DNA from: Felis catus
Taxonomy: Eukaryota
Assembly: GCF_018350175.1 (NCBI RefSeq)
Contig: NC_058368.1
Location: 172,362,001-172,426,000, forward strand
Length of the DNA stretch: 64,000 bases
Direction: 5' to 3'
The translations under genes and the position numbers were made by a program. Shown piece by piece: positions 51,258 through 63,574 of this stretch. Position 1 is the first letter of the stretch. Each line of letters begins with the position of its first letter. The notes under the pieces are model-generated. The model did not search any database. It was not told where the DNA came from and saw only the letters and a program-made list of their open reading frames with translations.

Positions 51258-52260
51258 AATGGTTTTCAAACGTTTTGGTCTCAGGAATCTTGTATGCTCA
51301 AATTACTGAGGACCTCACAGACCTTGGTCATGTAGATTATAACTATCACCAATCACCGTATTCAAAATTAACAGAAATTTTTAAAATATGTATCCACTTA
51401 AAAATATTTTTTAATATTTTTTTAATTACATAAACTCTATGCCCAACATGGGGCTCAAACTCACGACCCTGAGATCAAGTGTCAAACGCTCTACTGAGCC
51501 AGCGAGGCGCCCTGATTTTAAAATATTTTAAATTGCACGTTAGCATAAATCCTTTTAATGAAAAGTAGATCTTCCAAAAGAAAAAAGATTTAGTGAGAAG
51601 AATGGCATTGCTTTGCATTTTTGCAAATCTCTTCACTACCTGGATTAGGGGAAAATAGTCTCCTGCCTGCTTCTGCATGCATCCTGTTGGGAAAGGCTGT
51701 ACAGGCTCAAGTTCATGAAGAAAATCCTGCCTCACAACTAAGTAGTTAGAAAATGGAAGGATATCTTAATGGCCTTTTTGGATAACTGGATGCTCTTCTT
51801 TGGTATGTCCCTAAAATTCACCAAGTAGTAATTCCTTTTTTTCTTTCTTAACCTCCTGATTGAAATAGGATTGACATGCAAAAAGCTGTACATAATGTAT
51901 ACAACTGAGGAGTGCATACATTTTGGTCAGGGTAGTTTCTTAAAAGTTCATTGCAATGTGGAATCTGAAACAGATAAACTCACTGTACTGTTACATTAAA
52001 ATCCAATGGTCCAGGGCTCTGCCAGATTTAGGAAAAATCTTGGTTCACTGAGAAATGATGACACATTTCTTCAGGACATATAAAAAAAAAAATCACATTC
52101 CTTAAGATTACCGTCAGTCTTAGCAAGATGTCTTTAAAGTGTTGGGAAGCTGTCAAGTACAGGGTTGTGAATACAAATTTTCCGACAATTTTCACTTCTT
52201 ACTTGACGGCTCAAATTTTATGATTGGCAACATAGACTGTCCAGGGTTTTTCCTGAAGTG
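51258..52260. mobile_element. Charlie1-like hAT DNA transposon remnant with nested insertions
   Basis: caatggttttcaaacgttttggtctcagga...attactgaggacc start motif recalled from Charlie1a. Confidence 0.7.
51415..51512 (-). mobile_element. Short/old Can-SINE
   Basis: ggggctcaaactcacgaccctgagatcaag...gagccagcgaggcgccc. Confidence 0.85.
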
Positions 52261-53005
52261 ATATGAGGAGCCTATCAAACAGCTTAAGTGCTTAGAAAGA
52301 TTAAAGTTAGGATATGTCCTGATGAATTACGCAAACATTATATTGCTGACAAATAATTTAATGTATAGAAAAAGGCTCATGATATGTTAAGTGGAAAAAT
52401 GGAACAAAAAATGCTGATTATGGTATCAGCTATGCTCTAAGAAGTTTGTATTTCTTGCAGTTTTTCTGTATTAGACAAAACAGCCACAAAACCAAACCCA
52501 GAAACTTTTCTTAAGCAGAGGCAGAGATCATTCCTGTGAAATAATTTACAAATGAACACTCATCAATACCAAATTTTAACACTGATGGGAAGCCTTACCA
52601 ATATTATCATCTTCAAATTTAAAAAACAAAAAACAAAAAAACCTTGAGTTCAACATCACTGATACAAGCTAAAAAGAATGAAGTACAAATCCTATTCCAT
52701 CCCATCCAACATGAAAGTAAAGCCCTGTCTTTTGGCACAGGAGGTAAAAAAGCAGCATAATTTCAAATGTCTTTTCCCCCAAAGACTGCCCTCGTGTAAT
52801 TTTGACAGAACAAATGAGTTGTCCAAAATCCAAGACATTTCTGCTAATCACTTCCTTCTATTACAGAATCAACACAATGCTACAGAATTCCTGAAAGCTA
52901 TGTTTAAACTATGAGTAATTTGACATCATTTAAAATTACCTGAAGTGATTTTTTTTTTAATTGAAGGGTCCATGCATCCATCTAGCCATCTGCTAATAAA
53001 GAATA

Positions 53006-53165
53006 GGGGTGTCTGGGTGGCTCAGTTGGTTAACCATCTCTCTTTGGCTCAGGTCATGATCTCACAGTTCATGGGTTCGAGCCCCACATCACAACAGGCT
53101 ATACAGCCTGCTTCAGATCCTCTGTCCCCTTCTCTCTCTCAAAAATAAAATAAACATTAAAAAAA
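53006..53165 (+). mobile_element. Can-SINE
   Basis: TSD taataaaga. Confidence 0.93.
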
Positions 53166-53189
53166 TGGGTAATAAAGACTTATTAACCA

Positions 53190-53408
53190 GGGTGCCTGGC
53201 TCAGGCAGTTGAGCGTCTGACTTCAGTTCAAGTCATGATCTTACAGTTAGTGGGTTGGAGCCCCACGTCTGGCTCTGTGCTGACAGCTCAGGCCCAGAGC
53301 TTGCTTGGGATTCTGGCTCCCTCTCTCTTTCTGTCCCTCCCCTGCTCATGCTCTCTCTCTCAAAAATAAACAAACACTACAAAAAAAAAAAAAAAAAAAA
53401 AAAAAAAA
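53190..53408 (+). mobile_element. Can-SINE
   Basis: Long A-tail; TSD aaagact..attaacca. Confidence 0.94.
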
Positions 53409-53805
53409 GACTGGATTAACCAATCCCTCACCAACTCAAAAGCATTAACTTCTTCATGTCTGTCTCAACAGATTTTTTTTTTTTTTTTTTTTTTTTACAA
53501 TACAAGGTTCATGCAGAACTTAAGGCCTGTTGCGTAAAGTTCCCTGAAACAAAGGCACCCTCTGGGATGCCTGTACTTTCAGACTCCTTCAATCTTTTAG
53601 CATTTGGCTATGAATTCAAACTCAACAGATTTCCAGCAAAAGTAATGTCAATTTCATGATTCTAGAGTCACATTACTATTTATACCTCAACTACTACATT
53701 TGCTATCAGGTAAAAAGGGGGAAAGTCAAGGAAAATACCCTTGGCTTGGATTTTATGAAAAAGATTAGCTTCTGGGGGTAGGGGCGAGGTGGTCAGAAAA
53801 TCATT

Positions 53806-53821
53806 TATGTATGTGTGTGTG

Positions 53822-53875
<54 letters not shown>

Positions 53876-53915
53876 TATACACACACATTTATATATATAC
53901 ACACATACATACATT

Positions 53916-53949
<34 letters not shown>

Positions 53950-53970
53950 TACATACATATATATGTATGT
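53806..53970. repeat. Compound (TG)/(TA)/(CA) microsatellite
   Basis: Direct reading. Confidence 0.95.
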
Positions 53971-54237
53971 CATGTCTTCTTGACTGCAAAACCAGGGCTG
54001 AGCCCATGTTTTAGGCCTTTATCTTCCCATTGTCTACCACCATACCTTGTAAAAGATGGTACCAGCAGTTATAGTTTATGAGTACTCATGTACAAGTATT
54101 TATACATATCAGTTTAATAATCCCACAGTGACTGTGGAAGGTAGAGATGGTTGCCCTCTTTTTATAGAAGGAAAACTAGTCCCCAGTTAGCATTTAGGTA
54201 ACACAACTAAGATGCAAACACAGGCTTGGCTGTAAAC

Positions 54238-54411
54238 AAATGGTTCTCAAACTCTGGTGTACATCAGAATCACCTGGAGGTTCTGCTAAAAAAAAAAAAA
54301 AAAAATGCCTGGGCCTGCCCCCTGATTTTCTAATTCAGTAGGTCTGGAGTGGGGCCTGATAATTTGCATTGCTAACAAGTCCCCCCCCTCCAACCCCCCC
54401 CCCCCCCGCCG

Positions 54412-54468
<57 letters not shown>

Positions 54469-54505
54469 TACTGCTCATCCAAGGATCACACTTTGACAAC
54501 TGTTG
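54238..54505. mobile_element. MER5A hAT MITE containing an A-run, a C-rich tract and (CA)26
   Basis: tggttctcaaact...catcagaatcacctggag...ttcagtaggtctgg...cacactttga. Confidence 0.85.
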
Positions 54506-55410
54506 TTGTAAACCACATCAGCCAACAGGACTTTGTGGAGGGTTCAATGTGCATGCAGAAAGCAAACACAGGGTAACAACACAAGTTTATATGGAATAAA
54601 AAGGTTAGAATTCTGACATTTTTCAAAATTCAACTTTCATACTTGTGTATTTTTCTACTCTCTATTTATGCCCTTCAAGAAAACCTACTTCTGGTTTCCA
54701 TTTGCCTCATGGCACCATCAACGAGTCTGCAGAGCAACAACCACTCCCCCTGCCCCCCAAGCGTGTAGAGAAGAGCTGATAGGAAATCGTGACTATCCAG
54801 TCCTCCACATGGTAGACGGGGAGTGTTCTCAAGTCAGGAAAGAACAAAGAGACTAGCCCTAACAACTCGAGTGTTCAGGTCTCTTCTAGAGCAACAGTTC
54901 AGCAGCATCTGCTGGAATTAGATGGCAGACAGCCTTCCAATTTGACTAGTTGGGGGGGGGGGGGCGGGCAGGGGACTGCAGCTAAATCTAAGTGACTGTG
55001 ACAGAGAAGACCCTTAAAGGGAATGGAAGCTGAAGGCAAAAGACAAAGGAAATGGGACGCATGAGAGCAGACATCTTCTCGGTACATTAACTCTGGATCA
55101 GATATTGGCTGCTATACCCAAGAATCATAGCTTGGTTCCTATTGATTAATCAATAGTGGCCCTGATTCACTTGGACAGCTGAAGAGCTACAGGTTCAACG
55201 TAGCAAACCTCCCCCTAGTAAGCTGCGAAATTGGCACCGTTAAAACATGGCTCTTTCAAATTGTTTAAAACTCGCCTACTGAGATGCACACATTTTCAGC
55301 AACATTTCATTTCTCAGAGTAACATAACTCAAGGACAGGGCAAAAAGACGGCAATAATTTCATTGCAGGGAAGCCACTCTGAAAAGTAAAAGCTGTAATA
55401 CAGCTATTAC

Positions 55411-55557
55411 CTAAGGGGTTATCTCCAGGAGCATCTTAATTTTCTGGAGACATCCGTGGTGCGGCCGACAACAGCTTGACTCGCGGATGCCAATTCCACA
55501 CAGATCAAGACACAAATCTCACACGTCAACGTGGCAAAAGCAACATAACCGAAGGGA
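55411..55557 (-). other. Candidate spliced 5' UTR/non-coding exon, 147 nt
   Basis: Strong acceptor ttcttcctttccttttttag|TCCC and donor TAG|GTAATA. About 8 CpGs in a CpG-poor window. Closed in all three frames. Confidence 0.6.
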
Positions 55558-55864
55558 CTAAAAAAGGAAAGGAAGAATACCAGTGGGCTTATATTTAAGG
55601 GGAAGGAGAAAGAAAAAGAAAAATCACAACCCTGGTCAGACTGGAAGCCAAACAATCGGACTTTGCCTCTGTCATGCATCTTATTTGCTCAGTTTACAGG
55701 AATGTCCATGTCCTGTGAATGAAAAGAGATGCCTAGGTATTAGCGCTCTTTGGAAACAAAAATTAAGTGATCCACAAGGATGTGATTTTCTGTATTTAAG
55801 AATGTTTATAAGGCAAATGCCCACTAACACTGCCTTCCTAAGTCCAGCACACTTAGTCAGGATT

Positions 55865-56505
55865 TAGAGGAACTAGAACCCTCCTACATGCTGGTGGGAA
55901 CGCCAAGTTGTCACAACTTCTCCGGGAAACAGTCAGAGTTTCTTGAAAAGTTAAACATAGGCTTTCCATGTAACCAGCTATCCCATTCCCAGATACTTAC
56001 ACCCAAAGAAATGACACCATAAAAAGACCTATTCACAAATGTCAACAGCAAATTTATTTGAAGTGTCCAAAAAGTGGAAACAATTCAAATGTCCATCAAC
56101 AGATGACAGGATAAATTGTAGTACACTCATATAATGAAACATTACTCAGCCACAAGGAATGGATCACTGATACATGCAATGTGGATGAAGCTTAAAGTCA
56201 TTACACCAAATGAAAGAAGTCAGACAAAAAAAAAGAAAAAAAAAGGCAGAACATAGAAGATCCCATTTACATTAAATTCAGCAAAATGCAAACTCATCTA
56301 TAGTGACAGAAAGCAAATCTGCAATTATCTAACAAAGAGAAGGGGGATGGGGAGTAGAGAGAGGAAAACTTTGGGGGATGAGAGATATGTTCAGTTTCTT
56401 GACTGTGGTCATGGTTTCATGGATGTATACATATTTCAGAATTTGTAAGGTTATACAACCTTAAATATGTGCAATTCATGGTTAATTATTGCCTCAACAA
56501 AACAG
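55865..56505 (+). mobile_element. Old L1 (L1M) ORF2-end + 3'UTR fragment
   Basis: gctggtgggaa, aagttaaacata, aaatgtccatcaac, tgaaagaagtcagac motifs. Confidence 0.85.
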
Positions 56506-56507
56506 CG

Positions 56508-56730
56508 TTTTTTAAATTTTTATTTATTTATTTTGAGAGAGAGAGCGCGCAAGCACGTGTGGGAGAGCAAGGGAAGGGGCAGAAAGAGAAGAAGAGAAAG
56601 AGAATCCTAAGCAGGCTCCACACTGCCAGCACAGAGCCCAAACTGGGGCTCAAACCCATGAACCATAAGATGACGACCTGAACTGAAATCAATAGTTGGA
56701 CCCTTAACTGACTGAGCCACCCAGGTGCCC
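56508..56730 (-). mobile_element. Can-SINE
   Basis: TSD aaaacag(c)gtttt. Confidence 0.94.
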
Positions 56731-57180
56731 TAAAACAGGTTTTTTTAGAAAAACAACATACTTTAGATCTTTCAACTATTGAGTAAGGGAAGGCGTGAAT
56801 TTTAGCAGCTACACTACAGAGTAGAAAACTAAACTCTAATTCTAATCTGGGCTGCACATAAAGCATTACACAATACTCGAGGAGCATGAGGAAACTGCAT
56901 GGGCTCCAGCTTGCTGCAGTGCACAGGGGGCCTCAGTCACGGGTCAAGCACCTCAAAGACTGGCCTGGCAATCATTAGCTCCCGGTTCTAAAACTAGCTC
57001 ACTGAACGTGAAACCCTTCCTCTATCTCCAGGGTTAGTTACGACACTAGCCAGCAATCTTACAGAGATCTGGTGAGGTGAATGGAAAGGTTAAAATAGTC
57101 AGGACTCACATTTGATGAAAGCTGTTCTCACCCACCTGAGCTATTATAGAATAAGGGTCCCTTGGCTTCCCTGTCATGCT

Positions 57181-57512
57181 CTAAGGTCTGTCAACTACAG
57201 CCCATGGACCAGATCCACCTCACCGTGTGCTTCTGCAGGACCTACAAGCTAAGAAGTATTTTTACATTTTTAAATGGTTATTTTTAAAAACATCATCTCC
57301 TAACATACAAAAATTTTATGAAATTCAAGTCTTTGTGTCAGTAAATAAAGTTGTCCTGGAACACAGCTATACCCATTTGTTTACATGTTGTCTATAGTGG
57401 CTTTTACCCTATAATGACAGAGTTGAGTGGCTGAGACATAGATCATATGACCCACAAAAATTAGAGAATATTTACTATCTGGCCCTCCATAGAAAATGTC
57501 TGCCTTGCTCTG
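57181..57512. mobile_element. MER58-like hAT remnant
   Basis: aactacagccc...gtaaataaagtt...ggaacacagc...tatttactatctggccct. Confidence 0.75.
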
Positions 57513-57825
57513 GGCCCAAGTCCTACATGCCTCTCAGGGTTTTGAGACCCTTGGAAAATTAATGCTGGAGACACACAATTATAATGAAAAGCAGCAAGGT
57601 AGTTGTTTTATCCCACCCCAATGTGGCATCTTTAACAAATGCTTCTCCTTCTAATTAACAGCAAGGCTATGGTGTGCCCCAGCTTCAACGTCTGTACTCA
57701 GAGGACAGAGCAGCTCTCTCCATGAGGCCACTTTTTCAGTAACTCAGTCCCTACTTCTGTCCTCTACTTTACCTTCTAATAGGTCCTTAAAGCGGCTATA
57801 AAAATCTCAGACTGCTTTTAACTGC

Positions 57826-58240
57826 TGTATTAGTTAGGGCTCCTTTGGTTTCAAGTTCCCAAAACCACTTGAGATAATTTAAGCAGAAAAGTGAACCAAC
57901 TCCCCTTTTTCTTTGTTATCAGTACACAACAGTCCCCAGGAGCTTGCAGGTACCATGCAGAAACGTGAGCACATCTTTTAACTCTGCCCTTCTATGCACA
58001 TCTCCGCCATTCTTTCCTCACTGCAGACCAACCCCCGCCCGCCTTCCCAGTTCATACGCCACCAGGGTTTGCATCTCCCGTTTCAGAGACAATCAAGCTA
58101 GGAGTGAAATTATACCCTGCTTCCAAATGCCCAGGAGCCAGGTGGAGCACAGGGCCTAATGTAGCAGTATAAATAGAATGCAGGGTGGTTCCTAGAAAAT
58201 GAGGAGAGACCTAGACAAACAATACTTTAAGTATCCACCT
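57826..58240 (-). mobile_element. MLT1-like LTR remnant
   Basis: tgtattagttaggg...tttggtttcaag (reverse of the MLT 3' end) and agacaaac...tatccac (reverse of the MLT 5' end). Confidence 0.5.
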
Positions 58241-59749
58241 TGCCTACCAAATACAGGGGGAAAAAATAAGCTACGTGCATTTAAGAAAGGAGACCGTAAA
58301 TCTCCTTCCAAAGCCAAGTTTAATAAGATTCTCACAGTATGGGGAAGTCTCAGGCAGTTGATTTCAACTTTTATTAAAACCATGGGTCCCACACCGAACT
58401 CTAGGAAAAATGGATGTTCTACTTTATGGTTCCCTTTGTTTCATTCCCTCTGGAAATTTGAAAACTATCTACACTTTTTGGTCCTAGCTCAGATGACCAC
58501 CACCTCTACCTTCCATCTACATTTCTTTTTTAACTTTCTTCCCCTGTCTCACTGCACCTTCTCCACACTCCCCTCCCTCCAGGCACACAAACCAACCACT
58601 ACCCCCTCCCACCAGGGAAGCCTCACCAACTCTCCTTGGGGGCTCAGTGGGGAGAGCCTAACAGGAAAAATATTCAGCCTGATGTTCCATCTCCCAAAAT
58701 GGGACTCTTATTTACCCAGCAACAATCAATTACACCAATTACAAATGTGTTACACAACAGAGCAGGGCTTCCTGCAAACGCAACCACAGTCAGTCCTTGG
58801 GAAATTCCCATTATCTTACATCTGGCTTTATTTCTGTTTATTTGGGAAAGGGATGGGCAGCAGATGGGATAGCACCAGTCCCTCACATTTAAAGGCATCT
58901 CAGCACTTACAAAGCCCATTTGCACATCTTGCTGCATGTGAGGCGATCTTCAACACCCCAGCAAGGAACCTAATGATCACGAACAGACCAAAAAAACAAA
59001 ACTAAACTAAACTAAAGCTCAAAGCAATTGGGTGTCAAGCTCAAGACAACACACTATCTAGTGGAATCCTGGCCCCAAGATTCAGGTCACATTTCTAGCC
59101 CAGGGCATTTTATTGTTTTGTTTCACTGTGTTTTAACTAAGGGCCTAAGTTACTGACCAGTTAGCATGTGGGCCTGGGCCAATAATAAATTGGGTCAGAG
59201 AATCCTGCACAGACATGACTTGGCCAACAGTTAGCTAATTAAGAGAACTGAGCAATGACTGCATTATTAAACCATTTCAGCAGAACAGGTTTAGCGTTAC
59301 CATGTATCCTAGGGCTCTCTCTCTGGAGCTCCTTCCTCCCACACTCCCCCACCAGCAGGCCTTCTCCTCATCTCAGCCCTCTGCTCTCCCTTCGCTAACC
59401 TCTGCCCCGGGGAATTTCATTGGCTCTCATGGACTCAACTACAGACTCAACAAGCATGACTTCCCAAGAGGCTCTTGCAGCCAACAATTCACACATGACC
59501 TGCTATCAACCCAAATGGGAGGAGGCCTAAATTTTATCCCCTTACCCCTAACATTCACCTTCTCTTCAGCAAGATAGGTCATGAAAACCCCTACATTTAT
59601 ATACAATAAATAAAGGCTCATACAAATTACCTGGTCTTCACAGTAACTTTGGAAGGTGCTGTGATCACTCCCATTTAATAGGCCACTCAACCTCCAAGCT
59701 TCTTTCTCTTGGGGCCCTATTTCCCATCCATCTGACAGCCAAATCAAAA

Positions 59750-60070
59750 CCCAGCTTCATAATGAGACACGCTACAACATAGCTAAACCTTGAAAACATT
59801 ATGTTAAGTGAAAGAAGCCAGTCACAAAAGCCACATGCTGTAGGATTCCCAGAACAGGGAAATACGCAGTGACGGAAGTAGATTAGTAGTCACCTAGGAC
59901 TGGGGAGGCAGGGAGCGTCTACTAATGGGGTTTCCTTCAGGGATGATGAAATGTTCTAAAATTAGATGGTGGTGACGGTTGCACATCCTGTGTATATAAA
60001 AAAAAAAAAGCACTGAATTGTACACTTAAATGGATATATTGTATAGTATATGAAGATCTTAATAGAGCTA
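59750..60070 (+). mobile_element. L1M 3'UTR fragment
   Basis: aaccttgaaaacattatgttaagtgaaagaagccagtcacaaaag...gatgaaatgttctaaaattagat. Confidence 0.85.
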
Positions 60071-60083
60071 CTAAAAATAAGTT

Positions 60084-60304
60084 GGTTTTTCAAAGAGTTT
60101 ATTTTTGAGAGAGAAAGTGGGGGAGGGGCAAAGAGCAAGGGGGGGAGAAAGAGAAAGAGAGAAAGAGAGAGAGGGGACCCCAAGCAGGTGCCACACTGTC
60201 GGCACAGAGCCCACCATGTGGCTCAAATTCACAAACTGTAAGATCATGACCTGAACCAAAATCAAGAGTCAGACACTTAACCAACTGAGCCACCCAGATG
60301 CCCC
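60084..60304 (-). mobile_element. Can-SINE
   Basis: TSD aaaataagtt. Confidence 0.94.
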
Positions 60305-61236
60305 AAAATAAGTTCTGTATTTATCGGTAACATCGCATAAATAAGGTATGTCTGTTGAAACAGAACTGGTCTTAAAGTAGAATGACAATAAAGTAGAATG
60401 AACAATGGAAAACCATTTCCACCACCACCCCCCAGCTCCATCTTCAACCCCTCTCTGCTTCTTTCCTTCACAATCCTCACTCGGTCCTATCACCCTCGTA
60501 CCCAGCACTTCCTCTTCTCAGTCCAGGCCCAGTCTCTACAAACATGGATTATGGAGACAACTCCCCAAGCGTTCTGCCTCACACCCAAATGGCATCTCCC
60601 TGTCCAACAATCCACACAAAGATGTTCAAAATTCATCTACCACCAAGCAGCATTTTCTGCCCTGCTCCCCCACTCCACAATGGTTTCTCCTCAAGTGGCC
60701 AGCAGATGCTGGTATCTAACTCCACCTGGAATACAGAGGCCCTCGGGAGCCTGGCTGAACCTGGCCTTTCCCACTCCATCTGGAGTCCCATCGAGTCGCA
60801 CTTGTCCATTCAGCTCTCCCTGGGTCTCTCTCTGCCTCGCTCTCACAGCACCAAGCACCACCAGAAATCTCTCTTCCTGCTCACAGGAGGTTGTCCAGGA
60901 TGTACACCTTCATCAGTTTCCCAACCATTCTAGACCTTAAGTGTCTTTCTCTCAACACCTACCATTCATCTCTAGGACTCAAATGACCACTTACATAACA
61001 AGAGGACACAATGTTGTGTTCTGCCTCCCAGTGAGCATCAAAGGGCAGCTCAGGCAGTTAGAGTCGCATCTCTTGTGTCCTCCCTCCATCAGACCTAAAA
61101 CAGAACACTGTTATACAGTGTCCCTCAGTTTATCGACCATTAAAGAATACCATGAAATAATAGTTACCCATTCACTGCCTATATAACACTCCAGAAGCTG
61201 TTGGCAAAAGAAAGACTTTTTAGGGGGAGAGGTGGA

Positions 61237-61448
61237 TTTTTTTTTTTAATGTTTATTTATTTATTTTGAGAGACAGAGACAGAGCATGAGCAGGGGAGGA
61301 GCAGAGAGAGAGACACAGAATCCGAAACAGGTTCCAGGCTCCCAGCTGTCAGCACAGAGCCCAACGCGGGGCTCGAACTCACAAACCGTGAGATCATGAC
61401 CTGAGCCGAAACCGGACACTCAGTCGACTTGAGCCACCCAGGCACCCC
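61237..61448 (-). mobile_element. Can-SINE
   Basis: Flanked by gaT11aat on both sides. Confidence 0.95.
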
Positions 61449-62103
61449 TAGATTTTTTTTTTTAATCCATTAATCTTTGGTTATTTGGGAACTAGTTTCA
61501 ACTGGCTTCTAGAATGGTTCCCAACATTGGGTTTGAGGGGGAGAGAAACATCAGCTAAGGCAGACCAGCTTGGAGAAGCTAAGGATTTTACCCACTAGTG
61601 TCCTGATTGGTTAGTACAGAACACAAAGACAGGAATATTAACACTGACTGGTGTTATCTGCAAAGGCCAGACTTGCTTCTCAAAGGAATGCAGGAAAGAA
61701 GCAACGGGGACCAAGCGGACAAAAGAAAAATGGCAGCAAAAATCACAAATAGTGAAGGTAAATGCAGAAATAGCAAGGCCATGGGGTGGGTGAGGTTTGA
61801 CAGAGAAGCCAGGGATGAAGAAACAGAAGTCAGACCAGCTTTGCAAGCTGGAGGGAGACAAGGCATAATAATTCCCTGCTTACAAAAACCCAAGGAACAC
61901 CAGCAGGCAAGTTCCTTTCCTGGGGTCAGGCCGTAAGAGCTCTCTCCAGGTGGGGACTGGGCTCTTTGACTCCAACAGGCTCTAGTGCAGGGAACCAGAG
62001 GCCAATGGACTCCTAGCCATAAGCCTTTTCAAATAAGGCCTGAATGATAAAGAAGGCCGATGTGGTTAAACACCTATCTCTGGAACTTAACTACTATAAT
62101 GAT

Positions 62104-62133
<30 letters not shown>
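62104..62133 (+). repeat. (AAC)10 microsatellite
   Basis: Direct count. Confidence 0.95.
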
Positions 62134-62135
<2 letters not shown>

Positions 62136-63574
62136 AAAGCATTTCCTTCACATCTTTAGAATGTGTTTTTTTCACCCTGACTTTGAAACAAATTATTAAA
62201 TTGTATTCGCTTTCTAAATCTGATGAATGTTATTCAGGGACTCCCACAAACTGTTTGCCATTTATTACACTTGCTAATTAGGAGTTCTAAGGTCTTTATC
62301 TTCCCCAACCTACAGTCACATGCCCAGGATGGAGCTTTGCTAAAAGCAGGACTCCTGGCTAATACTGTTAATGAGTTTAGCACTGCCAAAATGTCAATGG
62401 TTTTTTATTTGGTCAGAAAGGGCCTAATTTATCTAGTTCAGCTGCCCTCGGTAATTTGCATGGAAATGTCAGAGTAGCAATCAGGAGAATCGTATGGCGA
62501 TAAAGATGATTACTAGCAGGGTAGCAAGAATACCCCACTGATAGACTGCTTGTGTTTTCCCTTCACCACTGCAAGATTTAGTTCAGAGATAAGGCAATGG
62601 AGTACAAAGAGCTAAAAACCAAAGCATAACTCCATATGCTTGTATGAAGTTTGTCTGACGTACAATTACATTTTTGAGATTTTTAAACATATAGGGTATA
62701 AGAAGCTTAACTATAGAAGGAAGAGAGCGTAAGAAAATGTTTCAGGGTAAGAGATGGAAAGAGCAGGGCAGTTGAACAAAATTTGCTTCAGTTTACAACG
62801 AATTTTAGGATGCTATATAAGAAAAGGGTACCTAAAGGAACTAGATCTAGATTGCTTTCAGCACTTTTGCACTGGAAAAAAAAATCTGCTAATGACTTAA
62901 TCAGGACAGAATAAAAAGAGATTTCTTCTTTAGCCAGTTCAATTTATCCCTTCCTAAATAAGTGTTAAGTGGTAACAAACATAATCATTGTTAAGAGTCA
63001 GTAATGGATAATAGGGCTGTTCACCTTTAGGTCATCGATGTCTGGAGGTCCAAGCTCAGGAGGCATTCACTTAAGCTAAGTGCAACGGAAGGGTGGGGTG
63101 GGCAGGGAGAGCCCATACATGTGTGTTGATTTGAGGGGCTGGACTCAGCCTTTCACTGACAGAATTCCAAAATTCACAATGGGGACATATCAAATTCATT
63201 ATGAGTGTCATGAAAAAGGAGAATCATACGAAACAAAGGATAAAGAAAATAAAGCACTCAGTCCAGTCCCCACGGACTGACCTCTATGGAATAAAAATTC
63301 CAGGCTCCCAAGATGTTCTTGTCATCCTCTTTGCCAGCCAGCCTGATTGATACAAGGAGCATTGTAGCTCTTTAGCTTACCAGATGAAGCAGAGAAAATG
63401 CTAACAGGGCCTCTGCTCAGAAAGTAGAGAAGCAGAAATCCCAGTACCAAACCCCATGCAACCAGAGCTCCCCACTAACTCCCACACATGTGGTCTTCCA
63501 AGTAGCCTGGAAGGTCTTTGCTTTCAATTAAAGGGCCCAAATATTACCAACATAGGTGTTTAAGAAAAGCCTTG

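Noticed and set aside
60398..60940. 180-aa ORF with overlapping frames
   Set aside because: C-rich, stop-poor sequence that looks like decayed L2; no recognisable domain.
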